The notes beneath the pieces are model-generated. The model made no database searches and was not told the DNA's origin. It saw only the letters and a program-made list of their open reading frames with translations. A DNA stretch of 64,000 nucleotides, taken from assembly GCA_964195315.1 (NCBI GenBank), contig CAXMOZ010000146.1, forward strand, positions 10,878 to 74,877, given 5' to 3'. The first letter of the stretch is position 1. The number at the start of each line of letters is the position of its first letter. The stretch comes from an uncultured Acidimicrobiia bacterium. Its GTDB lineage: Bacteria > Pseudomonadota > Gammaproteobacteria > GCA-001735895. The translations under genes were made by a program, and so were the position numbers. Positions 47,829 to 58,482 of the stretch are shown piece after piece.

Positions 47829-49781
47829 ATGAAGAAGTCCCATTTTAGCTGGATATTACCGATATCCAGTTTTGTTCTAGCCATTTTAGCCTTTCTTTCA
47901 TTGTCGCGTTTACTGTTGGTTAGCTGGCAGTTTGACAGGGTATCTGACACAGGTGGTTTCTGGTTTGTGCTGTTCCAGGGTATTCGTTTTGACCTATCTT
48001 TATTAGCAATATTACTTGTCATACCGTTTGCTTTACTGCCCTTACTTGGCATTCACCAAAGAAGCATGAGCATTGCGCTTTGGGTTCTCAAACTATATCT
48101 GTTAATACTGACCGGTGTTGTGGTGTTTTTGGAGCTAGCAACTCCGAATTTTATTCTGCAGTTTGACTTCAGGCCAAATGTCTTATTTTTGGAATATTTA
48201 AAATATCCGAAGGAAATTATCACTATGCTAGTGAAGGGATACCCCCTTCAGTTGCTGCTCGCCATCATCCTCACTGCTGTCGCACTTTACGGTATGAACC
48301 GACTTTTAAACAAAACCATAGAAGTGGTACAACCGAGTATCATTTGGAGTGCGCCATTTCTGTCTTTCCTGGTACTTATTTTGTGCGTATTGGCAGGTAG
48401 ATCGACACTTGATCACCGAGCCATTAATCCCAGTATTGTCGCCTTTTCAAATGATTCGTTAGTCAATTCGCTGGCACTTAGTTCTAGTTATTCTGTTGCT
48501 TATGCCCTCTATGAAAAAACACGTTATGAAAGTGGTGATGAACATCCCTATGGCAGTATGGATGAAGCAGCAATGATTGGTGAAATCTACCAGGCGATGG
48601 GGATGACAAAGGATGATTTTACGAACTCTGATATCCCGACTTTGCGTTTGCAAAAGTCGAAACTGATCAAGGGTTCGGATAGACCAAAAAATCTGGTGAT
48701 TATCCTCGAGGAAAGTCTGGGTGCTAATTATGTAGGTAAGTTAGGTGGGCATGATGTGACGCCAAATTTGGATGCGTTAGCGCAACAAGGTATCTGGTTT
48801 AATCAGCTCTATGCAACCGGTACGCGTTCTGTACGTGGTATCGAAGCGGTTATTACTGGGTTCCTACCGACACCTGCCCGCAGTATTGTCAAACTGGGTG
48901 GCAGCCAACATAATTTTTTTACTGTCGCACAACTACTGGCTAGGCAACAATATTCAACATCGTTCATTTATGGTGGTGAAGCCCACTTTGATAATATGAA
49001 ACGTTTTTTCTCACAGAATGGATTTAACCATATTATTGATGAGAATGATTATAAAAAACCTGACTTTTACGGTTCCTGGGGTGTATCAGATCAAGATTTA
49101 TTCAATAAAGCGCACGATACTTTTAACCAGCATCACAGTGACGGCGAACCTTTTTTTAGTTTAGTGTTTACCTCAACTAATCATAGCCCATTTGACTTTC
49201 CTGATGGTCGCATTGAGCTAGTTGAGCAACCTAAGGCAACCGTGAAGAACGCGGTGAAATATGCTGATTTTGCTTTGGGTGAATATATTGAAAAAGCAAA
49301 AAAATCCAATTATTGGAAAGATACCATATTTTTAATTATTGCTGATCATAGTGATCGGGTATTTGGCAGCGATCTAGTGCCAATAAAACAGTTTCGGATA
49401 CCAAGTCTGATTCTTGGAGAAGGTATTGTACCCAAAGAAGTTAACCGAATTGTTAGTCAAATCGATATGCTGCCGACGCTTTTATCTATGATGGGCGTGT
49501 CTGCAGAACACCCAGCGATTGGTATCGATTTAACTCGCCCAGACCTGTTACAGATTCCGGGTCGAGCGATAATGCAATACGGCAGTAATCAAGCTTATTT
49601 AGAAGGAGAGAAAGTGGTTATATTACAAAAGGACTTACCGCCACAGCAGTTTGATTACCAGAATGAAAAGCTGACTCCTTCTTTGGCAATAGACCCGGAA
49701 TTTCAACAACGCAGTGAAGCCCATGCACTTTGGGCAATGTGGGCTTATAAGACAAAATCCTATCGACTACCGAAGCAGTAG
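47829..49781 (+). CDS. LTA-synthase/sulfatase-family membrane phosphoglycerol transferase-like protein (OpgB/LtaS-like)
   Basis: It has about 5 N-terminal TM helices plus an alkaline-phosphatase-superfamily domain (LVIILEESLGANYVG…YATGTRSVRG…HSPF). Confidence 0.75.
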   Translation: MKKSHFSWILPISSFVLAILAFLSLSRLLLVSWQFDRVSDTGGFWFVLFQGIRFDLSLLAILLVIPFALLPLLGIHQRSMSIALWVLKLYLLILTGVVVFLELATPNFILQFDFRPNVLFLEYLKYPKEIITMLVKGYPLQLLLAIILTAVALYGMNRLLNKTIEVVQPSIIWSAPFLSFLVLILCVLAGRSTLDHRAINPSIVAFSNDSLVNSLALSSSYSVAYALYEKTRYESGDEHPYGSMDEAAMIGEIYQAMGMTKDDFTNSDIPTLRLQKSKLIKGSDRPKNLVIILEESLGANYVGKLGGHDVTPNLDALAQQGIWFNQLYATGTRSVRGIEAVITGFLPTPARSIVKLGGSQHNFFTVAQLLARQQYSTSFIYGGEAHFDNMKRFFSQNGFNHIIDENDYKKPDFYGSWGVSDQDLFNKAHDTFNQHHSDGEPFFSLVFTSTNHSPFDFPDGRIELVEQPKATVKNAVKYADFALGEYIEKAKKSNYWKDTIFLIIADHSDRVFGSDLVPIKQFRIPSLILGEGIVPKEVNRIVSQIDMLPTLLSMMGVSAEHPAIGIDLTRPDLLQIPGRAIMQYGSNQAYLEGEKVVILQKDLPPQQFDYQNEKLTPSLAIDPEFQQRSEAHALWAMWAYKTKSYRLPKQ

Positions 49782-49924
49782 CTCAAGGTAATGGCAAGCT
49801 AGAAGGTTCTTTCTATCGGGTTCTTTTGTGGTCATTTTTTTGCATAGATGAGCTATTTTAAACGATTGTGCCGGGTAGAAAGCATGGCTTGTTGAGACAA
49901 TTTAACAAGGGTAAGAATATCTCT

Positions 49925-50953
49925 ATGTTCAGAAAAAAAATAGCGACATTATTTTTTATAATCGCAATCACTCTATTGTTTTTCGTCTGTTTGACACTTT
50001 GGTCTTTCAGTAATGATCTAGTTAATCGTGGCATCCTTTTAATCCCAGTATTTATTCTTATTTGGATTAACTTTAGATCTAGTCGGTATTTAGCGAGGAC
50101 TAAGCATTTTCGCTATCTTTATTTAATACCTTTAACGGCCTTATTCAGCATCAATGTGATTGTCATTAGTTATGACGTGGCATTGAGTTACAGCGATTAC
50201 CATTTAAAACAAAGGACATACTCTGACATTAATAGTTGTTCAAAGGTATGGGCGACTAGAGGGTTTGTTCCTGGTGATTCAACAATCACGCCGGATGGTA
50301 AGCAAAATTCGATTGGGAGTATTCAACTGGCTTTCGACAATGCAGCTGTCGGAAATGAAGTTGATGTTTTTTATGACGTGGTGATGGGGCGGTACGTCGT
50401 ATCTCATGATAGAAATCCATACAACCTGAAAAAAGGTGAGCTTTTAACCTTAAATGAATTGTTCATTGCTACTGGGGACGAAGGGTACTTTTGGCTCGAC
50501 TTTAAAAAACTGCGTCATCTTGATAAGGAGCAGTTGGCAAATGCGATCGCTAGATTGGATCTGATATCGTCAACGGGTGATCTTAAAAATAGGATTTATA
50601 TTGAAGGGGCAGCACCTATTAATTTAAATGCATACCAAAGGGCTGGGTTTAAAACGATTTTTGATACCCATCCTATGGTTGATAGTCATCTGCTAACGCC
50701 ACTTGTTGTCAATGTTTATAAAATAGCTTATTACCTTGGTGATTTCACTGTTATCGGTATGAACTATGGCGACAAAGTATCGCCTATTTATGGCAAACGA
50801 GTTCGTCAGATTTTAGGCAATACCCCTAGCTTTATTTACCATGTGCCAAATGATAAGGCATTACTAAAAGAACTATCATCGGTGAGTCAAATTCAGGTGT
50901 TACTGGCTCGCGATCAAAGTTTGAATCTGTTTGGAATTACTCATTGCAATTGA
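49925..50953 (+). CDS. Membrane-anchored GDPD-like (glycerophosphodiester phosphodiesterase-like) protein with a substituted catalytic His
   Basis: It has three N-terminal TM helices. ATRG(…)EVDVFYDVVMGRYVVSHD aligns to the GDPD pattern AHRG…E[L]DV..T.DG..VV.HD, with Thr in place of the first His. Confidence 0.5.
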   Translation: MFRKKIATLFFIIAITLLFFVCLTLWSFSNDLVNRGILLIPVFILIWINFRSSRYLARTKHFRYLYLIPLTALFSINVIVISYDVALSYSDYHLKQRTYSDINSCSKVWATRGFVPGDSTITPDGKQNSIGSIQLAFDNAAVGNEVDVFYDVVMGRYVVSHDRNPYNLKKGELLTLNELFIATGDEGYFWLDFKKLRHLDKEQLANAIARLDLISSTGDLKNRIYIEGAAPINLNAYQRAGFKTIFDTHPMVDSHLLTPLVVNVYKIAYYLGDFTVIGMNYGDKVSPIYGKRVRQILGNTPSFIYHVPNDKALLKELSSVSQIQVLLARDQSLNLFGITHCN

Positions 50954-51096
50954 TCAGTTCCGATCGAAAGAACTCCCAATTGAACACTAATTTAGCGGGT
51001 ACAAAAGTTTATATTTTTTGTCATGAAGTTGAGATGTACCGCTGAATCCTACCTCTGACGAAGAATTCAGTTGTTGCCAGAAACACACTCGTCCTT

Positions 51097-53922
51097 CTAA
51101 CCAGTATTTCTAAGTCCTGCCGCAATCGCGTTTATAGAACTTAGCAACGCGCCTTGCCATTCCATGCGCTGATGTTCTGATGTTGATTCGTCCCTATATT
51201 TTTTGAGCAAGCTAATCTGTAAGTATCCAAGTGGATCCAGATAAGGGTCGCGACGGGTCAAAGACAGCATGAGTACTGGATCATTTGATAGCAGTTGTTT
51301 GATGTTGGCGATATCTAAACATTGTTCAACCGTTTTTTTATGTTCCTTTAGTACTTTGCCAAATACTGTCTTGCTGAGCTTTTCGTCGTGACACAACTTG
51401 CTGTATTCGAGTGCAGTACGCATGTCACATTTGAAAAGAGACATTTGAAGATTACTCACCATAGCCGCAAAGAACGGCCAGCGATTGTTCATCTCGCGTA
51501 ACACTTTCAGTGACTTGGGGTTTTCTTCTAACCATTGTGTCATAGCAGAACCAACGCCATACCAGGCTGGCATCATATGGCGTGACATGCTCCAACCAAA
51601 GACCCAGGGAATGGCGCGCACTGAGGATTTTGACATATCGCCTTTTCGACGATGTGATGGCCTTGACCCTATATTCATTAAACCAATTTCACTGACCGGT
51701 GTTGCTTCGTAAAAATACTCGAAAAAGCCTTCTGTCTTATCAGTCAGGTCGCGGTAAGTGTGTTCGGATAAATCCGATAATTCCTGCATGATTGGGAGGT
51801 AATCGTCATAGCTTGTTTTGTCTTCGCGAACAATGCACAGGCTTGCCTTCATTAATCCAGTAATGCCCATAGCCAGTTCATAATGAGCGGTCTCGACGTT
51901 GCCATACTTATGTGACAGCACTTCACCTTGTTCGGTGAACTTAATTTGACCGAGCACAGTTTTTGGTGGTTGAGACATTATGGCCTCATGGGTAGGGCCA
52001 CCACCTCGCGTAATCGTACCACCACGGCCATGGAACATACGGCATTGCACACCATGCCGCTGAGTAATTTCGACCACCTTTTGTTGGGCCTGATAAAGTC
52101 CCCACGAGGCCGAGACAATGCCGCCATCCTTACAGGAGTCTGAGTAACCAAGCATGACTTCCTGCATGTTGTTGGACTTTGCAAGCAGACTTTTGTAAGT
52201 CGCATTTTGTAGTAAGGTATCGAGTACGGTATCGATATGTGCGAGGTCATCGATGGTCTCGAATAGCGGTGATATTTCGATATCGCAAAAATATTCTTGA
52301 CCTTTTTTGCCCGCTAGTCCAACAAGATAGGCTAGATACATCACCTCCATAATATGGCTGGCAGTATGGGTCATCGATATCACATAACTGCCAATACAGC
52401 GTGCGCTGATTTCATTGCGCATTTCATAAACGGTATGGAATAAATCAAAAGTTTTTTGATTATCTTCGGTTAACTGTTTGATGTCGAAATCAGGATGGTT
52501 GCCTGATTCGATTTGGTCGCTCAAAAACTCTATTCGCTGTGCTTCGTCGAGCTTTTCATAATCGCCAATAGCAGCTTGCGATACGATCTCTGTGACGACA
52601 TTGGTGTGCAGCGTCGATTCCTGTCGAAGGTCAAGTGCTACCATGTGGAAACCAAATGTTTCGGCGATTCGGATAAGGTCTTTTAAATCTGCATTAGCAA
52701 CCGAAAACTCTCCGTGACTGATGAGAGAGTCACGGATTAGATACAAATCATTAAGGAATTCTTGTTCACTTGAATAGGCATGTTCGCTTTTGGGTGTTTC
52801 GGTATTACGGAGTTGGTTTCGGATAACGGCAAGGTTTTTCTTTAACCGGTAATGCATGTGGTAAAGCTTGCGTCGATAAACTTCGTCTTCGAATTGGTCG
52901 CGTTTGTCGTCAAATGCTTTCACACCCATTTTTTCATCTTCGCGCAGGCTTGCCATAAATTCATCGCTTGGCGTGAACCATTTGGTCGACATAGTAAGTA
53001 CCTGGGTCAGCTTGTATATTGCGCTGACATGTTCAGTCAATATTTCCTCAGCATGCATGCGTAAAGCCATGCGGGTAATATCTGATGTGACAAATGGATT
53101 ACCGTCTCGATCACCGCCAATCCACGAACCAAAGTTGATGAAGCTGGGCACTTTGACGATCGGATTACCAATAATATCTTCACCATAGGTTTGGATAACT
53201 GCTCTTTCTAGATGCCGATAGTCGATTTTGACGGCTTCAAACAAGCTGCGTTGAAAGTAATGCAAGCCCAATTTGATTTCGTCTGACACGGTTGGTTTGG
53301 TGCCACGGACTTCATTGGTTAACCACAAAACTTCAATTTGTGTTTGCAAGTCATTAACCAGATCATCACGCTCGAAATGAGTTAGTCTGGGGTCTGTTAA
53401 CTGGTCGATAATGGTGAAGAAGGTGCGTTGCAATTGCATCACAGTTCGACGTTTTGATTCGGTTGGGTGTGCGGTAAATACAGGCGTATAAGATAGATTG
53501 TCAAAAAGAGTTTGTAGCTCTTGAGCTGTAATTTCCTGGTCTTGAAACTCTTGCATGGTATGGAAGAATGAACCTGTCCAGGCAGCATGACCCTCTTTTT
53601 GAACCGAGCTTCGTCGTTGACGATGGAGGAAATCTTCTTCGGCAATATTGACCAAATTGAAGTAAATAGTGAAAGCGCGAGTGACTTGATTAACAACGTA
53701 TGGGTCGAGACCCTCAATTAGTTTCATCAGCGCATGGCGCTGTGGTTCGCTATTTCGCCGGCGTAACTGGATGAAGCCGGTCCGGAGTGATTCAACCGCA
53801 TGAAAAACCTCGGGCCCTTCGTGTTTGAGCAACACATTACCGACTAACTTACCCAACAGTTTAACGCGTGATCGCAGGTCTTTGTCTGACTTTGCATGAA
53901 AGCTAATGGCTTGATTGCTCAT
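51097..53922 (-). CDS. ppc: Phosphoenolpyruvate carboxylase
   Basis: VMLGYSDSCKDGG and the C-terminal …GLRNTG are PEPC signatures. 941 aa. Confidence 0.9.
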   Translation of the reverse strand: MSNQAISFHAKSDKDLRSRVKLLGKLVGNVLLKHEGPEVFHAVESLRTGFIQLRRRNSEPQRHALMKLIEGLDPYVVNQVTRAFTIYFNLVNIAEEDFLHRQRRSSVQKEGHAAWTGSFFHTMQEFQDQEITAQELQTLFDNLSYTPVFTAHPTESKRRTVMQLQRTFFTIIDQLTDPRLTHFERDDLVNDLQTQIEVLWLTNEVRGTKPTVSDEIKLGLHYFQRSLFEAVKIDYRHLERAVIQTYGEDIIGNPIVKVPSFINFGSWIGGDRDGNPFVTSDITRMALRMHAEEILTEHVSAIYKLTQVLTMSTKWFTPSDEFMASLREDEKMGVKAFDDKRDQFEDEVYRRKLYHMHYRLKKNLAVIRNQLRNTETPKSEHAYSSEQEFLNDLYLIRDSLISHGEFSVANADLKDLIRIAETFGFHMVALDLRQESTLHTNVVTEIVSQAAIGDYEKLDEAQRIEFLSDQIESGNHPDFDIKQLTEDNQKTFDLFHTVYEMRNEISARCIGSYVISMTHTASHIMEVMYLAYLVGLAGKKGQEYFCDIEISPLFETIDDLAHIDTVLDTLLQNATYKSLLAKSNNMQEVMLGYSDSCKDGGIVSASWGLYQAQQKVVEITQRHGVQCRMFHGRGGTITRGGGPTHEAIMSQPPKTVLGQIKFTEQGEVLSHKYGNVETAHYELAMGITGLMKASLCIVREDKTSYDDYLPIMQELSDLSEHTYRDLTDKTEGFFEYFYEATPVSEIGLMNIGSRPSHRRKGDMSKSSVRAIPWVFGWSMSRHMMPAWYGVGSAMTQWLEENPKSLKVLREMNNRWPFFAAMVSNLQMSLFKCDMRTALEYSKLCHDEKLSKTVFGKVLKEHKKTVEQCLDIANIKQLLSNDPVLMLSLTRRDPYLDPLGYLQISLLKKYRDESTSEHQRMEWQGALLSSINAIAAGLRNTG

Positions 53923-54061
53923 GGGGTTTTCCTGGATGACAGGTGGATGAGTATATCAAAGCCGTTTTCGTTGTATGTCGTAAAACCGATTGTTTTGATG
54001 GCCGTGACGACAAACCCGCCATTGACGTCATTGAGCCAAAAATAATTCTTGGCAATGTCAG

Positions 54062-55600
54062 ATGTCACTTTCAATGAGGTTATTGCTGATGTATAAAACC
54101 ACTATGTTTCTGTATCAAACACCTGCGCTGTACTCGCTAGATAAAATGGCCGTTGAACTTGATGGTCTGCTAGAAATCGAGCTAATGCAACGGGCTGGAA
54201 CGCGCGTTTGGCAAGTGATTAAAACACGCTGGGGCCGTCAACTGAAGGCCATTACTGTGTTTGTGGGGTGTGGTAATAATGGTGGTGATGGTTTTGTCGT
54301 AGCGCTCCAAGCTATTGCAGCTGGTCTGGCTGTCCAACTCATTAGCCATGGCGATTTGACTGGGCAATCTAGTACTTCAGCTCATTTTCGACAACTGTGG
54401 CTAGAGGCAGGCGGAACGATCGAGGCATGGCAACATCAGGCAATACAGGGACAGGTCATTGTCGATGGTTTACTTGGTATCGGTTTGAGTCGCGCTCTAG
54501 ATGAATCCTACATAAAGCTCATTAACACCATCAATCAGACAAAAGTCCATACAGTGTCAATTGATATTCCGTCAGGATTAAATGCCGATACTGGTATGGC
54601 CCAGCCTGTCGCGCTGATGGCAGACGTCACCATAACTTTTTTTGCGCACAAAACAGGACAGTTTCTCGGCGATGGCCCAGATATTTGTGGCGATATTATT
54701 GTCGATGAATTGGGTGTCTCTGCTAGCACCCTAGCCAAAGCATTTCCAGCCTTAGTGGTCATCGATGAAGGAAATATCCGCTTACCAGTCAGGCGATTAC
54801 GCAATTCGCACAAAGGTTTGTTTGGGCATGTACTGGTGATTGGTGGTGATAAGGGCATGAGTGGCGCAGCATTGCTTACGGCTCAAACGGCATTGCGAGC
54901 TGGTGCTGGCATTGTCAGTGTCCTAGTACATCCAGACTGTGTTCATGCGCTATCGACAACGCCAGAGCTTATGGTAAAAAGCTGGCGCGAGATTGATAGT
55001 TGCATCGATTCAGCCACGGTAATTGTGGTTGGGCCTGGTTTAGGACAAGGGAAGGAAGCTGCTAACTGTTTGCAGTATTTATCGGGCTTAAGCACTGACA
55101 TTCCTATGGTGGTCGATGCCAGTGCTTTGAGTGCCGAGTTCCTTGATTCATTGTCATCTAGCCAAATTGTCATTACTCCGCACCCCGGAGAAGCAGCGGG
55201 GCTCTTAGCCATTTCAACCAAAGGGATTCAAAGTAACCGACTAGCGGCAAACCAGAAACTCGTCGAACGCTTTGGTGTAGTGAGCTTACTGAAAGGCTCT
55301 GGAAGCCTCATTCAACGACCCGGTTCACTACAATTAGATACTGATACTATGCCTGGCATAAACGTCCGAGGCCACCCAGGTATGGCGACAGCTGGTATGG
55401 GCGATGTACTCGCGGGTTTAATTGCAGGGTTGATTGGTCAAGGCTTAGCGCTGTTTGATGCGACAAAAGCAGGCGTGTTAATTCACGCATTATGTGCCGA
55501 AAACTATCTGCATGATAATGACGAGATTAGCTTGATCGCAACTGATATTATCGACCAGTTACCCAAGGTCATAAAGCAGCTGCGTCAGTATTCTGCGTAA
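54062..55600 (+). CDS. nnr: Bifunctional NAD(P)H-hydrate repair enzyme Nnr (epimerase + ADP-dependent dehydratase)
   Basis: GCGNNGGDGFVVA is the YjeF-N motif. The C-terminal carbohydrate-kinase-like domain has GHPGMATAGMGDVLAG. It lies upstream of tsaE as in E. coli yjeF-yjeE. Confidence 0.85.
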   Translation: MSLSMRLLLMYKTTMFLYQTPALYSLDKMAVELDGLLEIELMQRAGTRVWQVIKTRWGRQLKAITVFVGCGNNGGDGFVVALQAIAAGLAVQLISHGDLTGQSSTSAHFRQLWLEAGGTIEAWQHQAIQGQVIVDGLLGIGLSRALDESYIKLINTINQTKVHTVSIDIPSGLNADTGMAQPVALMADVTITFFAHKTGQFLGDGPDICGDIIVDELGVSASTLAKAFPALVVIDEGNIRLPVRRLRNSHKGLFGHVLVIGGDKGMSGAALLTAQTALRAGAGIVSVLVHPDCVHALSTTPELMVKSWREIDSCIDSATVIVVGPGLGQGKEAANCLQYLSGLSTDIPMVVDASALSAEFLDSLSSSQIVITPHPGEAAGLLAISTKGIQSNRLAANQKLVERFGVVSLLKGSGSLIQRPGSLQLDTDTMPGINVRGHPGMATAGMGDVLAGLIAGLIGQGLALFDATKAGVLIHALCAENYLHDNDEISLIATDIIDQLPKVIKQLRQYSA

Positions 55601-55655
55601 TCCACTACTAGCTTTTCGGGTTGATAATTCAACCCCGCCAATTGATTAACTTCCT

Positions 55656-56534
55656 ATGCCAAAATATCGTGTCGTTCACAACAATCACTACTCGTTTCAA
55701 ACAGCGGTCAATAGCGGTTCATTTGAAGCTAGATTAAGGCCGATAGATAGCCAGTTTCAGCAGGTTGATTTTAGCCAGTTTGTATTGCGCCCATTGGCTT
55801 ACCAGCAAACTGTTCGTCACGATGAGTTCGGCAATCATGTTAACCATTTCGAAGTCTCTCAAAACTTACGATCCTTCAAACTCAGCGCTATCCATACCGT
55901 CACCACACTTCCGAGGCCAAAAATCAATTTAAATCAATCGCAGCCCTGGGAGCAAATAGCCTGTGGGATTGAAGATAGCGATGAGATTATAAAGTACCAG
56001 CCAAAAACCACTGGCTTTAACGTTTATACGCGTAACAACCAAGCATTGTTAGACTATACAGTGGCGTCGTTTGTGCCAGATCGACCGATATTGGATGCCA
56101 CGCATCATTTGATGCAGCGTATCTATGAAGATTTCAAATATGATTCAGCTGCCACTGACGTTACCACGACGGCTATAGACGCATTTCAATTGAAGCGTGG
56201 CGTTTGTCAGGACTTTTCTCATATCGCGATCGCTTGCTTACAGTCACTTGGTTTACCTGTGCGCTATGTGAGCGGTTATCTTGATACTCATTCAGCATCG
56301 CCTGGTGGCTCTCGAGTTGCCCCAGCCAACACTTCCCATGCCTGGTTTTCTGTTTTTGACGTGCAATTCGGGTGGGTTGATTTTGACCCGACTAACGATT
56401 GCATGCCCGGCGAAAAATACATTACGCTTGCCTATGGTCGCGATTATGATGACATTGCGCCATTATCTGGACAAGTGGACAGTGCCGGTCGAAATCAGCT
56501 AGAGGTAAGGGTTGAACTGACAATAATCACGTAG
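55656..56534 (+). CDS. Transglutaminase-family protein (Bact_transglu_N + TGc core)
   Basis: GVCQDFSHIAIACLQSLGLPVRYVSGY…SHAWFSVFD…DFDPTND gives the Cys-His-Asp triad. Confidence 0.8.
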   Translation: MPKYRVVHNNHYSFQTAVNSGSFEARLRPIDSQFQQVDFSQFVLRPLAYQQTVRHDEFGNHVNHFEVSQNLRSFKLSAIHTVTTLPRPKINLNQSQPWEQIACGIEDSDEIIKYQPKTTGFNVYTRNNQALLDYTVASFVPDRPILDATHHLMQRIYEDFKYDSAATDVTTTAIDAFQLKRGVCQDFSHIAIACLQSLGLPVRYVSGYLDTHSASPGGSRVAPANTSHAWFSVFDVQFGWVDFDPTNDCMPGEKYITLAYGRDYDDIAPLSGQVDSAGRNQLEVRVELTIIT

Positions 56535-56656
56535 ATTTTTTGTTCGATGACAGGGTCTAATGTAATAATCAGGCAAAGACAAATACCCTGATCATAAATA
56601 TACTTCAGCGCATCAATCTACCTTTCAAACCACTAAGTAAAAAACACAAATTACTA

Positions 56657-57130
56657 ATGCAAACCACAAAAATACCTGAATCAATACTTATCACGGACGA
56701 ATTACAAATGCGTCAGCTGGGCGCCCAGCTGATCGCTGCCTGCAGTTCTGGGGGAGTGATTGCGTTGCACGGTGAGCTAGGAACCGGAAAAACAACAATG
56801 GTTAGAGGAGCATTGCAATCACTCGGTGTTAGTTCTGGTGTACGAAGCCCAACCTACACCTTGGTCGAATACTATGAATTCAAGCCATTATCGATAGCGC
56901 ATTTCGATTTATATCGCCTATCGGATGGCGAAGAGTTGGAATATCTGGGTTATCGAGACTATTTAACAGCCGACACGCTCTGCCTGATCGAATGGCCAGA
57001 CAAGGCTGAGGGCTACCTGAGTGATATCGGGTTAAACTTGTATCTTGCATATGATGAGAAGGGGAGGCGGCTCAGTATCGAACCTTGCAATGCATGGGGA
57101 CGAGAAATTGTAGCGGGTTTAAATCTTTAA
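56657..57130 (+). CDS. tsaE: tRNA threonylcarbamoyladenosine biosynthesis ATPase TsaE
   Basis: The P-loop is GELGTGKTT. 157 aa. It sits in the position expected from nnr-tsaE-amiB synteny. Confidence 0.8.
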   Translation: MQTTKIPESILITDELQMRQLGAQLIAACSSGGVIALHGELGTGKTTMVRGALQSLGVSSGVRSPTYTLVEYYEFKPLSIAHFDLYRLSDGEELEYLGYRDYLTADTLCLIEWPDKAEGYLSDIGLNLYLAYDEKGRRLSIEPCNAWGREIVAGLNL

Positions 57131-57263
57131 CTTTTATTTAGAAAGGTTCAGTATCTACTTAATAAATATAGAAAAAATGTTAATTTAATTGTTGATTTAT
57201 TGACGATCTTTGACTATAAATAGATCCTAAGTTTAGTCATAAAGAGGTTTCTTAGGAAATATT

Positions 57264-58439
57264 ATGGATCCGCTCGCTATAGCACGACGATTATTCCTCA
57301 AACGCCTGGCTCGTTACGGTGCTACTGCTGCGTTACTGACTGGTGGTGGGAAAGCATTGGCTGGCGCTAAAACGTCACTAACCGGCATTCGAGTTTCGCA
57401 AACATCCGAAGACCATACGCGTGTTGTATTTGATTTGTCATCGGGAACTGAGCACAAACTTTTCACCCTCAGTAATCCACCTCGCGTAGTCATTGATTTA
57501 AAAGGAACTCGAGAAGGTAGTGCGCTCTCTGTATCGAATAAAAAAACCAGTTTAATGCGTAACCTGCGCTCGGCAGATAAAAGCTCGGGTGATTTAAGAG
57601 TCGTTCTTGACTTAAAAAGCAAAGTAAGACCACGCAGTTTTTCGTTACAACCGGACGGGAAATCAGGTCATCGTCTTGTCGTTGATCTACATGGCACCAA
57701 TTTAAGTCCAACACCCATTAAAACCAGCCAACAGGAACAACGCAAACATAAGAAGGAATATATTATTGCTGTCGATGCCGGGCATGGTGGTCGTGACCCA
57801 GGCGCTGTAGGTAAAAAAGGCACACGTGAAAAAGATATCACCCTTGCTGTAGCCAAAAAAATGAAAACACTGATTAACCGCACGCCTGGTTATAGAGCAA
57901 TATTGACCCGTGATGGTGATCGATACATCGGATTACGCAATCGAGTAAAAATTGCGCGTGATAATCAAGCTGATTTATTTTTGTCGATACACGCCGATTC
58001 ATTCAGAAGCGCGAAGGTTCAAGGTGCTTCGGTTTATGCATTGTCACTCAGGGGCGCTAGTTCAGAAGCGGCAAAATGGATCGCAGAAAAAGAAAATGCT
58101 TCTGACTTGATTGGTGGTATTAGCCTGGATGACAAAGATGATTTAATCGCGTCGGTATTGCTTGATTTATCACAGACAGCCACTATTCAAGATAGCCTGG
58201 AGCTTGGTTCAGTTGTGTTGAAGCAAATGGGCAAAGTAGCCAAACTGAATAAGAAATATGTGCAGCAAGCCGGTTTTGCGGTCTTAAAAGCACCGGATAT
58301 GCCGTCCATACTGATCGAAACTGCTTTTCTCTCTAACCCGAATGAAGAGCGAAAACTACGATCCAGTAAGCATCAGCACAAATTAGCCAAGGCTGTTTTT
58401 GCAGGTATCAAAGTGCACTTGAGAAACCGCCAGGTTTAA
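57264..58439 (+). CDS. amiC: N-acetylmuramoyl-L-alanine amidase (AmiC/AmiB type, Tat-exported)
   Basis: The twin-arginine signal is ARRLFLKRLARYGATAALL. It has an AMIN-like N-domain and an Amidase_3 domain (AVDAGHGGRDPGAVG…SIHADS). Confidence 0.85.
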   Translation: MDPLAIARRLFLKRLARYGATAALLTGGGKALAGAKTSLTGIRVSQTSEDHTRVVFDLSSGTEHKLFTLSNPPRVVIDLKGTREGSALSVSNKKTSLMRNLRSADKSSGDLRVVLDLKSKVRPRSFSLQPDGKSGHRLVVDLHGTNLSPTPIKTSQQEQRKHKKEYIIAVDAGHGGRDPGAVGKKGTREKDITLAVAKKMKTLINRTPGYRAILTRDGDRYIGLRNRVKIARDNQADLFLSIHADSFRSAKVQGASVYALSLRGASSEAAKWIAEKENASDLIGGISLDDKDDLIASVLLDLSQTATIQDSLELGSVVLKQMGKVAKLNKKYVQQAGFAVLKAPDMPSILIETAFLSNPNEERKLRSSKHQHKLAKAVFAGIKVHLRNRQV

Positions 58440-58482
58440 CCGATCGAATAGAGGTCAGTAATACCGACTAAGGGAATTCGCT

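Noticed and set aside
50954-51096. Possible terminator hairpin downstream of ppc (CTGAAT…ATTCAG)
   Set aside because: The stem is only 6 bp, with a 17-nt loop and no adjacent T-run. It is too weak to call.
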